Positions 26,450-38,818 of a DNA stretch of 64,000 nucleotides are shown here, one piece after another. Each line of letters starts with the position of its first letter. Within the stretch, counting starts at the first letter, position 1. The translations under genes were made by a program, and so were the position numbers. The notes under the pieces were generated by a model, which ran no database searches, had not been told where the DNA came from, and was given only the letters and a program-made list of their open reading frames with translations. The DNA lies in the NCBI RefSeq assembly GCF_009914755.1, contig NC_060925.1; one strand, written 5' to 3'. The stretch is from the human T2T-CHM13v2.0 reference genome, Homo sapiens.

Positions 26450-26640
26450 TCATGGCTAGTACACAGTCTCTGGAGTCAGACTGAGACCTGGGTTTAAATC
26501 CGACCCCACCATGCATTTGGGACCTGAACTTGGGCCAGAACTGGACTGTCCTTTCCCCATCTATAAAATGGGGATCATAATTCCAGTCTCCATGAATATT
26601 TTGAGGGCTGAGATCATGCACGTGGAAGCACTACATAAAC
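26450..26640 (+). mobile_element. MIR
   Basis: tctggagtcagactgagacctgggtttaaatcc...catctataaaatggggatcataat. Confidence 0.72.
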
Positions 26641-27628
26641 TGAAAATCGCCCAACAAGCGTCTCAATAATGATCTTGTCCCACTTGATCAACCTGGCCAA
26701 GCTTATAAAGCCAGGCTGCAAAACCTCAGCTCCTGGCTCCCCTCCCTGTCTCCATCATCCAGCAATAATATCACAAGATTCAAAAGCAGTGTTCTTCCCA
26801 CAGTGCCAGAAGTCTCACATCACAACATCTTCATCTCTGCACCCCCAGCTCCTAGCACGAGGCCTGGCACACCAAAGCAAGGCAAGTGTTTCAGGGGAAT
26901 AATTCTTTCCTAATTGGAGGGTCACTTTCCCACAGCCTAAACCTTCCCCAACTTTCGATTATCAGCCCCTTCAGGGAACTTTCCCTGCCCACTGATGCAT
27001 ACTTGTTGTGCAGTCCTGGGCCCCTGACCACCCTCTCTGGGTCTGTCTTCCCTGTTCTCTGTCTGTATGTGATGGGATGAACTGGCCGACCTGCCACTCA
27101 TCCATTTCAGGATCCTGGGTAATTCCCTGGGATGAGCTTCAGATGTTGCAATGGGTGAGGGGTGTGTGCTGGCCTTAAAATGCTCAAGCCCACAGGGCTG
27201 GTCTCAAGATGTTGGGCAGGGGGCAGAAGGCAGCAGATGCACAGGGACTCCACCCACTGTGATTTGAAAAGCACAGAGGTGACTGTTCTTCTGAAGGAAG
27301 AGGTTGGGCAAAAGTAGATGAGTAGAAGGCGGTGTGTCCCATTAGAATGGGCCAGGCAGCTGAGGCAGGTCATACAGAGCAAGCCATTTTGCCTGCGAAC
27401 TTCAGAAACATACAGTTTCTTCTTCTGTAAAATGGGCATGGTAATTCATGGCTGGCCATGGTAAGTTTCAGAATATATTAATTCTCTTCTCCCTCAGGAT
27501 ATCCCATGGGATATGAGCCCAGAACCCCAATCAAATCTCTCTCCAGTTAACACTGGTTGGGCAGGTCAGCAGATATGGTTGGTATCTACCTCCTGCCACT
27601 TGGCAGACTGTGTGATCTTGAGAAGTGA

Positions 27629-27829
<201 letters not shown>

Positions 27830-30114
27830 TAGGGAATGGCTTGCATTGAGCCAGGATAAAACCATCTCTGAATCTCAGTAAGGAGCAACTCCCTTTAGCT
27901 CCCCCGCCCCTCCCAGCACCCAGGATTTTGTTTCTCAGGGGCTGGCGGAGGGGGGTAAAGGTTTGGGGCAAGGCAAAAGGGAAAGCCAGAAGCCCCAGGA
28001 TTATGGGGAATGACCGTGAGTTTGGCCCAGGCTAGGAGGGCAAGGCCCTCCCGGCAGGTCCAGCCAGGTGGCTTGTGTTCTGAGTTCCTTGGCTAGTTAA
28101 GGCCAATCCGTAATACTCAGCTTTCAACCAGATTGATTTCTCTGGCCCTAGATTCAGAGGCACCTGGGACAGACTGGCAAACAGTGGAGAGGGGCGTAAG
28201 GAATGGAGACCAGTGGCCAGTGCAGCTGCAGTGGCCAGAGGAAGCTGGGCAGGATGAAAACCCGGCCCGAGACTCCAGCAGCTCATGAGGACTGGGAGGA
28301 CACGCATGGGCCTCCTATGCCACAGGTCCAGCTGCCCCAGCCTAGCTCCATGCCCCCTGAGCAGACACTGTCTGACTCAGAGAAGGTGATCTGCAAATGA
28401 CTGTCAATGAACAAGATGCAAAGAATCAGGGATCCCTGGTAGATATCGAATGGCAAGGACAGAGTGCCTGCCCTGCCCAAAGCAACCACCCACATACTGC
28501 CCTTCCCACCCTACTGACAGCAGAGGCTGCTACAGTCTCAAGTCCAGGCTCTGCCACCCATTGACTGGCTCTTTTGAGCCACAGTTTCTTCATCTGTAAA
28601 TCAGCTGTAAATAACCCTGCCCTAAGCCCCAGGGCTACTGTACACATCACCTGAGATCAATGCTGGAGTGTGATGGGGAAGCAAGCACCCTCCCTTACAT
28701 CATCTCTTTTATCCCTAATCACAACAACCCTAAAAGGCAAGTACTATTATTACTCCATTTTACAATCGAGTATGCTGTAGTTCAGAAAGGGTAAGTCACC
28801 AGCACGAGGTCACACAGCTGCCAAGTGACTAAACCAGGCTGGGTCCCAGGTCTGTGGGACTCCAGACCTGGGCTTTTCACCTCTGCACATGCCTTCCGGA
28901 CCGTGCTCACAGCTTTGGTAAAACTCTTCACCAAAGTAAGGGACTCTTCTCATGCCTATTGTTGTTTTATAAAACCCAAGGTAGAGAAGGGCATTGTCAT
29001 GACTTTTCCTTTTTCACTCTGCCTCTCTCCTTCTTGATGTGGAGAAAAGCAAGCTACAGTCTGCTAATTTCTGCAGTCGCAGACAATCAGAATTCCGGCC
29101 GTCTGGGAGAACCAACCTAAGAAAGCATGAAATTAATCTGTTCAAAGTTAATGTCTTGGAGTCGTCGCGTCAGTATTTGGGTTGGACGGGTAACCTTGTT
29201 ATCGTAACACAGATGAAGCACCACATTTAATAAGGCTGAGACAACTCGGGCAACGTAAGAAACATAACAGGATATTGCAAAAAGATTAGGGAGCTTCCTC
29301 TGGACAGCATGGATGGGCCGTGCAGAGGGCAGGGTGGGGGATGGTGATGCCATTGACCTTGGGGGTCCAGCAAGTCCCTAGTCCCAGGCCTGGCCTAAGG
29401 ACTAAGATGCTCAGGCAGAGGGGAGCTGGGCTCCTCTCAGCACATTGAGGCCTGCCTGGTGCCGGAGCAGAGGCTCCGCTGGCTAAATGTAAGCCAGCTG
29501 CGAGAATGGGAGTGTTCCAGTGGGATGGGATGGGGGAGGCTTACCTCATGAAAGAACTGTGGAAACGGCTGCTGGAAAGATAATAAAAGGATTAACTGCT
29601 ATTTTAGTGGGCCATTTACTCTTCAATCAAAATGTCTCATCTATTTCCTGTTCTCCAGAGGCTCTGGGTCCAAAATTCCTTTGTCTATTACAGTGCATGG
29701 TAGCAGAGGCCTGTCATGAAAAATTAATAATTTTACAGGGAAGGGAGATTTTACTTATCTGGGTGCTGGTTGAGGCCCACCCCTTCCCCTGGGTTACCCA
29801 CTGTGCCAGCATCATGGAGGAGAGGGAGCACGCCCACCCCACCGCAGGCAAGAGGAGGCCAGGGGAGGCTCTGACAAGCCTCCGAAGCCCAGATCACTGC
29901 TGCTGTCTCCAGATGGTGACACCCAGTGGGGCCGGCCCTAAAGCCCAGAGAATAGTCAGTTTAGCAGAGCTACACAAACAAGAGCATTGCAGTTTGGAAA
30001 GATGTAGGCTCGAGTCCCATTCCAATGGTTACTAGCTGTGTAACCCTTAGCAAGTTATTTTTATTACCATTATCATTCTTAGCCTCTATTCTTATTATAA
30101 CTGTTGTTATTGTT

Positions 30115-30300
30115 TCCAACTAGCTGTGTGACCTGGGGCAAATTATGCAATCTTCCTGAACCTCAGTTTCCTCATCTGTAAAATGGGGGTTCACAGTATC
30201 TACCCCACAGCATTGTGTTGAGGACCAGGTGGAGTTGTCACTTAGAATAGCACCTGCACACAGTCTGTACTTGGAAGCTGCTTGCTGGTATTATCATCAC
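30115..30300 (+). mobile_element. MIR
   Basis: ctgtgtgacctggggcaa...cctcagtttcctcatctgtaaaatgggg. Confidence 0.75.
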
Positions 30301-31962
30301 CACAATCCTAAACCCTGGAAGAGGCAAGACCAAGTGTTCTCATGGGAGCAAGTGGAAGGCCAGCCAGACCCCACCCAACCTTTGTTTCTTCATTTGTAAA
30401 AACCCTTGGTTTTACAGGACTTGTAAGGATTAAACAATACTGATAGGTGAGTGTAGACACAGCTTGATATCACCTCCTCCATGAAGCCCTTCTGGGCCTT
30501 CCCTCCCTGGGACTATGCAAACTCCATCCCAGGACCTGCCACTCATCTCCCACCCATCTCTGAGCATGAGTGTCCCCAGGGCAAGGGCCATGGGAGGTCC
30601 AGGTCTGGGTCCCCAGAACCAGGCCTCAGCCAGTGTAAGCCAGTGTCCTGTGAAGTCTGTGGAATCAAGTGAGATCCTGGCAGCCTGGCCGCAGAGAGAG
30701 AGACCCTGAGTCTGCACTGAGTAACCCAGGCCCCTCTGACCCCTCGCTGGGCCCTGTTTCCCAAGCTAGAAAGTGGGCGGGGAAGGGCTAGATCCTCTCT
30801 GACTTCCCAAATTTCCAACACAGATACTCTTCTGGATGCCGTGATTCCACACAGAGGCCCCACTGTGAGAAGACCACTAACCACAGGCAGAAGCCAGGTG
30901 TAAGCCAGTGTCCTGTGGAGTCTTGTCAAGGTTCCTTCGGGTCACAGAGCCTCCACCTCGGCCCCCACAGGCACCCACAGACTCACCCATAAAAGAGAAT
31001 ATGTGAAGGAGAACTGTGGCTCAGCAGCTGTCAGCTCCAGGGTCTCGGGGAGATATGGGGGCCCAGCTGTCTCCCAGCAGCCCTGGCCTGGCCTGCGTGC
31101 TGTCTATTGGTCAACTCCTAGGCAGGGGCATGTGTCACAGGACCCCAAACAAGCCAGAGCATCGCCAGGGGCTGGCCCAGCCACCAGGCCTCCTTCCAGC
31201 ATCCTCTCAGCCCAAAGGCACAAGATAAAGTCAAAGTCTCAGCCTGTCCAATGCACTCTCCCCACCACTGCTCCACACACCAGAATGCTAACCACAAGCT
31301 CCCTCCTCCTGCCTCCCCTTGGCACAGGCCATTCACTGCTGCTCACTTGTTTACAAAGCAAACTCTTTCTCCTCCTTCAAGACCCAGCCTCCTGAAGCTG
31401 CAGAAGCAGATCCTGTCCGACGCCCAGCTCCCAGCTCCACAGGTAGGTGGGGCCCAAGGGCAAGCACCTTGCCCCAGGAGGACGGAGTTTATGCTGCTGA
31501 TTGCCAATGTGTCCTGCCTCCTTCCTGGCCCCTACAATGTCACCCTGGGCTCTGAATGGGGACACTATGCCCCTTCCCAGACCAAGTGCTCCATGAGTGG
31601 GTGTCCAATGACAGTGTTTGACACTTGCACAAGTCCAAGTGTGAAACAGCTTGACTTTAGCTATGGCACCAGCCCCAGCACACCAGCCATGCTGCTGCCC
31701 TGATGGCTGGGCGGGCTGGGCAGTGGCCCTGGTGGCCCATGCTTCTCAACACCAAGCACACCCTGAGGTCCAGCTCTGCCGTTTCTGGGCAGGCACCTCT
31801 CCTAGTGGGCTGGCTGTGCCTCGGAGGTAGCACAGCAGTTAGGCTGAGTGTATCAGGGAGTGCTCCTAGCCTCTGATACAGTATTCCCCACAGACGGGGC
31901 AGAAATGACCTGTCACAGAAATGATCCATCACAAGGGCTGGAGGCCTGAGTACTCACAGTTA

Positions 31963-32023
31963 ATATGCGCGTGTGTGTGCACGCGTGCATGCATGTGTGT
32001 GTGCACGTGCGCATGTACACATA
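31963..32023. repeat. 61-bp perfect purine-pyrimidine alternation (GT/GC/CA mix)
   Basis: atatgcgcgtgtgtgtgcacgcgtgcatgcatgtgtgtgtgcacgtgcgcatgtacacata. Confidence 0.9.
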
Positions 32024-32647
32024 ATGCTAGTGCCAGAAACCTGTCTCAACTCCAGGAAGAACGCTACTGGTACTACCCAGGGCCTTAGCTAGTAACCCTG
32101 GGCCCCAGCCCAAACCCTGCCCTGGGGACCCGCAGCTCTCGAGCCGGGTGCCTGTTAGGCCCCACTGTTCCTTGGTGGAAGCCAAGGCTGTAGGCAGCAC
32201 TAGAAGGCCCAGGGAACCTCACTGGGATGGGTGGTGGTGAGGGCCCAGCGCTGGAGGAGAGTATGTTCTCCACATCTCATTTGGCCACCAGCAGATGGGA
32301 CATGGAGCACAAACACATGAAAGAAGAGGCTGGCCACGCCTGTTTTTCCAATCGCATGTGCACACAGCCCCGGGCCCTGTGGCGTGCTAAGATATATCTA
32401 ATGCCTCAGGGTGGGGGACTGGGCACCTAGTGAGTATGAGGGCCCCTCTGCCACGGTTCCCAGTGACAGGGGCACTGACCGTCTTGACCAGGGGCCACAT
32501 CCACAGCATGGGTCCTTTCCTCCTCAACCACAGGGATCTCAGCCAGCCCAGAGGACGGAGTCCCAGGCGGCCTCTCCTGGGGCACTGGGGTGAGTGCTGC
32601 TCTGCCAGAGGGGCTGGGGTGAGGCCTGGCGGCCGGTGGGAACTCAC

Positions 32648-33530
32648 CATGCACTTGTTGGGCTTCTCGCCCGAGTGCACTCGCATGTGGATGAGCAGCT
32701 TGTAGCGGGCGTTGAAGGGCTTGTAGCGGCGCACGCAGCCAGCCCAGAAGCAGGTGAAGTCCTCGCCCTTGCGCTGGTCGATGTGGCTCTTCTCGATGTG
32801 CCGCACCAGCTCCTCCTGCTGCTCATAGGCTGCACAGCAGTCCACCCAGCGGCACGCCTGCCGCCCGGCCACCACCCTGCCTGCCAGGCCCAGCCCCAGG
32901 CCTCCAAGGCTTGGGCCAGGCGGCAACTGAGACAGGGGATAGGGGGGCGGCAGGCCCTGCTGGTGAGGCCCAAAGAGCTCTGAAAACTCATCCGCGGGTT
33001 CCTGCTTCAGGAAGCTCGCCTTCCGGCAGGCTTCAAGTTGCAAGCTGCCCTCATGGCTGTCCGTCGATGCAGGGCCAGGCCGGGCCCGCTTGGAAGGGCC
33101 CCCCAGATCTCCCGTCAGAGGGGGGCTCCGGAGTCCATTTACACAGGTGACCAGAGACGTCTGGGAGGAGCGGATGATGGAGGTGACGTCGGAGGAGGCA
33201 CAGGGTGAGGAGGAGGCTGGGGAGGTGGGGGGTAGGCCCAAGACGCAGCACCGCTTCAGGCTGCCCTCGGGGAGGTGGGTCTCGGGCTGGAGGCCCAGGC
33301 CAGAGCTGGGTTCGCTGCCCAGAAGGTAGCAGGAAGGCGCAGGGGTGGCGAGGCTTCGGCCCGGGAGGTCCAGGTCTGGGTGCAGGCCAGTGGCCAGCGG
33401 GCCCCGACAGTGGGCAGACAGGGATGTGCGGGCCTCTGCCATGGCTTGGTAGTCGGGCAAGGACTCCTGTTTGATGTGTTGTGTGGTTGGGAGGCTGCCG
33501 TTCACATACGTGGCCTGGGGTCTAGGTGAC
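32648..33530 (-). CDS. GLIS1: GLIS1 large coding exon (883 bp): Pro/Ser-rich region, C2H2 zinc fingers 1-2, start of finger 3
   Basis: Translates as (R)SPRPQATYVNGSLPTTQHIKQESLPDYQAMAEARTSLSAHCRG...CRWVDCCAAYEQQEELVRHIEKSH...CFWAGCVRRYKPFNARYKLLIHMRVHSGEKPNKCM, recognisable as human GLIS1. Acceptor tgtcttccag|G at 33531/33530; donor ATG|gtgagt at 32648/32647. Length is 1 nt + 294 codons. Short-isoform ATG in caaGCCATGG at 33442-33440. The exon continuing finger 3 does not appear in the ORF track, so the downstream intron probably exceeds 32.6 kb. Confidence 0.98.
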
Positions 33531-33774
33531 CTGGAAGACAGTGCCCAGAGAGGTCATGAGAGGCTGGGCTCGCCACAGAGGGAAGGCTCAGGTGGGGGCA
33601 GACAGGGAAGCTGAGGATCAAGGGATGGACAAGCCCAGGGCAGGAGGCAGAGGCTGAGGGCTAGAGGCAGAGAAAGAGCACCTACAGACTGGTTGTCTGG
33701 AAAACAAGCAGAGTGTAAAGGAAAATGGGGAGAGAGAGGAAGAGAAGGGCTGGGGAGGGAAAGAAGAGGCAGGA

Positions 33775-34074
<300 letters not shown>

Positions 34075-35616
34075 TTACCAAAGCTCAGCACCCCCACCCA
34101 GCCCTGGATGCCACGCCATCCTGCTTCCCAGGGGGCTGCCCTGCTCCCTCTCCGTGGCCTTCTAGTGAGTTCTCCAGGAAGAAGGCTGAGGCTGGCATTC
34201 TGAGGAACACCCAGGTCCAGGGTATATTAAATTCCACTTACATGTCCTTTAAATCTTTCTTAATTTTTGTAATCTAGCTTAACTTCTACAAATGCTAATT
34301 GTATGACACTTCGCCCCAAGCAGCCTGGCCTTTCCACTGTTAATGTCAGTGCATGGGGGAGTCTGAAGTGCAGTCCTGGTGGGGGTGTCTCAGGAGGAAC
34401 TGAGGAAAAGCTTCTGAGGGGTCCCAGGGTTTCAGGCCCTCACAATGTGACTGCATGAAACTGCGATTTTGGGGAAAAGCCATGGGGCAGGCCAGGCAGG
34501 GCAGCCCATGGGAGCACGTGGGTTTGAGATCAGGCTCAGCCACATCCAGCCGTGCAAACGTGGGCAAGGTCCTTTGCCATCCTGGGTCTCTCTCCTCCTC
34601 TGGGACATCAGGAGGATCCTCCCCATGAGAGCGAGGGTGGTGTATGTGGGCACAGCTGGGGTTTGCCAGGTGGCTGTCTTCACCACATAGGTGGTACACA
34701 GGTGCCCAGAGGGCCTCTCCCACATGTGGAACATTCCCTCCACCACTGCGCAGGAGGCCAGGCTTAAATAACACAAGGGGATTCCTGCACTGAAGCTTCC
34801 ACCATTCTGAGTGGGGGGACCAGGTAAGGTGCAGAGAGAGACGGAAGGGCCTACCTGTCACCAGAGCACTCTGAAAAGGGGAAAGGTCAGGAAAGTGAGG
34901 CAGGGCTGAGAGTTAGGACACCCCCCTGGCTGGCTAGGCAGAACAGGGAGCCTGGTGCTATGCCTGAAGTCTGGCTAGGACACCCCACGCCACCTCATCC
35001 CATCTGAACCTCAGTTTCCTTGCCTGTAAAATGAGGGCTAAGTCTCTCTACCTCAGAGGATGGCTGCCAGATCGAGTGAGATGGCCCCGTGACAGCCCTC
35101 TGCGAAGGGGATGGCAGGGTGAGGGGAGCTCTTATCGCCATTCACCACCACTGTCTTGGGGCTCTCTGCAGCCAGAGCTGTGGGGTCATCACCTGTCCCT
35201 CAGTTTCCCAAGATGGCCTTGCAGCTCCAGCCCCTCCATCTCTGGCTCCCTGCAACTGGAGCAGCCCGAGCTCCAGTCATGAGGTACAGGAGGGGAGGGG
35301 AAGGGACAGGGCTCCCTGGAAGGGAGCTGCTGAGATGGGGATAATCAGTGTTTCTCCAGCAGAGACTCAGGGGAGAGGCAGGGATCTCAGATCGCATGTC
35401 TCTGAGGGCTCAGGAACTGCAGTCTGAATGGAAAGTCAGTGATTTCACTCAACATGCTTTTCACTCTGTGCTGGGTGATGCTGAATAAGTGGGAAGACCA
35501 GGTCCCTGACCTTGGGCAGCTCCCCTTCCAATAGGGGAGTCTGTGGACCAGTCCCCTGAGAGAACATTTACATTCTGCTGAGGGGTAGGTAGAGTTCTGG
35601 TGAACAGAACTAGTTA

Positions 35617-35973
<357 letters not shown>

Positions 35974-36636
35974 TTATTAGCCGTAGGATCTGGGCCTCCT
36001 GGGACCATGAGGACTGAATACAAGAATGTGCACCCAAAGGAGTCACTCAGGAAACCGAGGCTTTTATTAGTATTAGAGAGTTAGGCTGGAGGCAAGGAGG
36101 CAGCTGGCGCAGGAGCCCAGGCGCTAGTTGCAAGGTCCTGAGATTGGGAGGGGCAGGCGCCGAGAGTGGAGAGAAGGGGCCCCAAACACAAGGCCGTCGG
36201 GCGGTTGGGGGAAGGCACGGAATTCAGATCAGGTGCGGCATAGGGGCTGGGGGTCTGTTTTTCTTTAGGAAAATGAGCGAGTCTGAAAGTGTCAGCTCAA
36301 ATTCAACCACTTTAATAGGGAGGGTGTGGGGGCACAGCAACTTAGACTGATGCCGGCGTAGAATTCTACACACAGACTCTCCTGTGCCGTAAATTGTCAA
36401 AATGATATTCAAAATGACAAATGATATTTCTGACTATCTCTAGCAAAAGAAAAAAAAAATCCTCTTCCTTAGCTTTTCCTAGGTTAGCACAGCTTCTACC
36501 CTGAGAGATAATAGAATGAATTTCACCAGGGAAATTGGGTACCACTGGGGAGCCTCCAGAGAAGAATCCAGCAGATAAATGCATTTGACTGTCACCAAAC
36601 AATGCACGGCTCAAAAACTATAAGACGCTTGCTCCT

Positions 36637-37301
36637 TGCTATGGACTGATTTGTGTCCCCCCAAAATTTATACATTGAAGCCCTAACATCCAGTTTGACT
36701 GTGTTTGGAGACAGAGCCTTTAAATAAATAATTAAGGCTAAACAAGGTTATAAGGTTGAGGGCCTACTCTGATAGGACAGGTGTTCTTATAAGAAATGAG
36801 GGCCAGGCACGGTGGCTCACGCCTGTAATCCCAGCACTTTGGGAGGCTGAGGCAGGTGAATTGCTTGAGCCCAGGAGTTCAAGACCAGCCCGGCCAACAT
36901 GGTGAAACCCCGTCTCTATAAAAAATTAGCCAGGCGTGGTGGCACACGCCTGTAGTCTCAGCTGCTGGAGTGGCTGAGGTGGCAGGATCACTTGAGCCTG
37001 GGAGGTGGAGGCTGCAGCGAGCCAACATTGTGCCACTGCACTCCAGCCTGGGTGACAGAGTCAGACCCTGTCTCAAAAAAAAAAAAGGAGGAATTAGGGC
37101 ACAGGCCGAGGGATGGCCACGTGAGTACTCAGCGACAAGGCGGTCATCTGCGAGCTAAGGAGAGAGGCCTCAGAAGAAACCAAACCTGCTGGCACATCAG
37201 TCCTGCACTTCTAGCCTCCAGAATGGTGAGAAAGCACAATTCTGTTGTTTAAACCACCTAGTCCATGGCATTTGCTATGGCAGCCTAAACAAACGAATAC
37301 A
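36637..37301 (+). mobile_element. MLT1A-family MaLR solo LTR interrupted by an Alu (36801-37086, +)
   Basis: TG...CA termini (tgctatggactga...aacgaataca); TATA-like ttataagaa directly before the Alu. Confidence 0.85.
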
Positions 37302-37710
37302 CACCCAAAATCAGAAGTTTTACTAATATCAAAGGGAGCCAGAAGGAATCTAAATTCTCAAAGGAAAATGGTTGCACTTGGGAAGAACAGCATCCTTCTA
37401 TTTAGGAATTTATCCACTGTGGAGCTCTCACGAGAACGTAAACTCCATCAGGAGAGATCTTTGCTTCCTTCACCAAGATGCTCCCAGCACCGACCACAGT
37501 GCCTGGCACATGACAGGCACTTGACAAATGGCTGGTGAAGGAATAAACTGCAAACCGGCAACTGGGCAAATGTTTAGAATCTCTGGTCTGTGAAGCAGGC
37601 CTCAGGCCAGCAGCCCCAGGCAGTGGGTGAGGGGCCTGGGGCTGAGCTGGTGTGCACAGAGGCCTGTCTGTGACTGACCTGGCTGTCAGCAAACCAGAGG
37701 GCACCAAGGC

Positions 37711-38118
37711 TGCTATGGTTTGAATATCTGTTCCCTCCCAAACTCATGCTGAAACTTAATCCCAAATGTGGCAGTGTTGAGAGGTGGGGCCTTTAAAAGG
37801 TGACTGGGTTGGGTCATGAAGGCTCTGCCTCATGTATGGATGAATCCGTTCACGGGTTAATGGATGATCATGGGAGTGGGACTGGTGCCTTTATAAGACG
37901 AAAGAGACCCGAGCTAGCGTGTTCAGCCCCCTCACCAGGTAATGCCCTGCGCCACCTCGGGACTCTGCAGAGGTCCAGCCAGCAAGAAGGGCCTCACCAG
38001 ATGCAAACCCTCAATATTGGACTTAGCCTCCAAAAATGTAAGACACAAATTCCTTTTCTTTATAAATTACCCAGTGCCAGGTATTCTGTCAATATGTAAC
38101 AGAAAATAGACTAAGACA
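37711..38118 (+). mobile_element. MSTB-family MaLR solo LTR with perfect 5-bp TSD (AAGGC)
   Basis: aaggc|tgctatggtttgaa...gactaagaca|aaggc. Confidence 0.9.
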
Positions 38119-38640
38119 AAGGCACAACTGAGACCCCAGGAGAAGCTGTAGGAGGCGGGCGTCAGCCCAATGCACACCCTAATGAGACAGGGTGGCCGGC
38201 ACTGGAAGTGTGCAAGCACTGAGTGGACAGCTACCCAGCAGGGCTCTGTGGGCCATGGTCTCCTGGGGCAGAGATGGTATGTGGGAGGAATCCCTCTCTG
38301 CCCTATCAGCAGTTCAGGGTTTGACACTGTATAAACTCTGAGCTGGGCTTTCCTTCCCCAACCTACCCATGAATCTTCCTCTTCTGAAACGATTGATTCT
38401 CTGTGAAAAGCTTCGTCTGCTTGTTCAGCAGGGAAACACCTCAACAGAACCATCTTGTGTCTCTCAGAAGGCAAAGCAGAAGGTGCAGGATCTAGGCCAG
38501 GTAGCTGCTTCTGAACTACGGGCCCCTCGTGCCTCCATTTCCCCATGTGTCCCCCCAGCTAAAAAGAGGAGGTGAGGCCTGAGGCCCATGGTCCTGGGGC
38601 CTCCTGGGAGTGTCCACAGAAAGCAGCTGCCCACACCTAC

Positions 38641-38818
38641 CTGTTAGGGTGGGGGAAATGCAGCAGCCTCTCACAAGCTTGGGGGTGAGCCCGGGGCTGT
38701 GGGCTTCCTGCAGGGAGAAACAGGCCCTGGCAGCAGGTGGGGCCAGGGCCCTCAGCAAGGTCCAGGTCCAGCAGGCTCTTCTCTGAGCCCAGGGTACGGT
38801 GTCCGTAGCTCCCATTCA
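38641..38818 (-). CDS. GLIS1: GLIS1 178-bp upstream exon (coding in the long isoform, 5' UTR in the short isoform)
   Basis: Acceptor ctccctgtctttctctgcctag|TG and donor AACAG|gtaggt. Encodes (V)NGSYGHRTLGSEKSLLDLDLAEGPGPTCCQGLFLPAGSPQPRAHPQACERLLHFPHPN(R), which resembles the N-terminal extension of mouse Glis1 as recalled. Length is 2+174+2 nt; the terminal AG plus the first G of the 883-bp exon gives AGG (Arg) in frame. Confidence 0.93.

Noticed and set aside
32387-32647. Read-through of the 372-aa ORF beyond KCM (VSSHRPP...ALDIS)
   Set aside because: It runs past a consensus ATG|gtgagt donor in the middle of finger 3. No nearby minus-strand poly(A) signal was seen to support a terminal exon.
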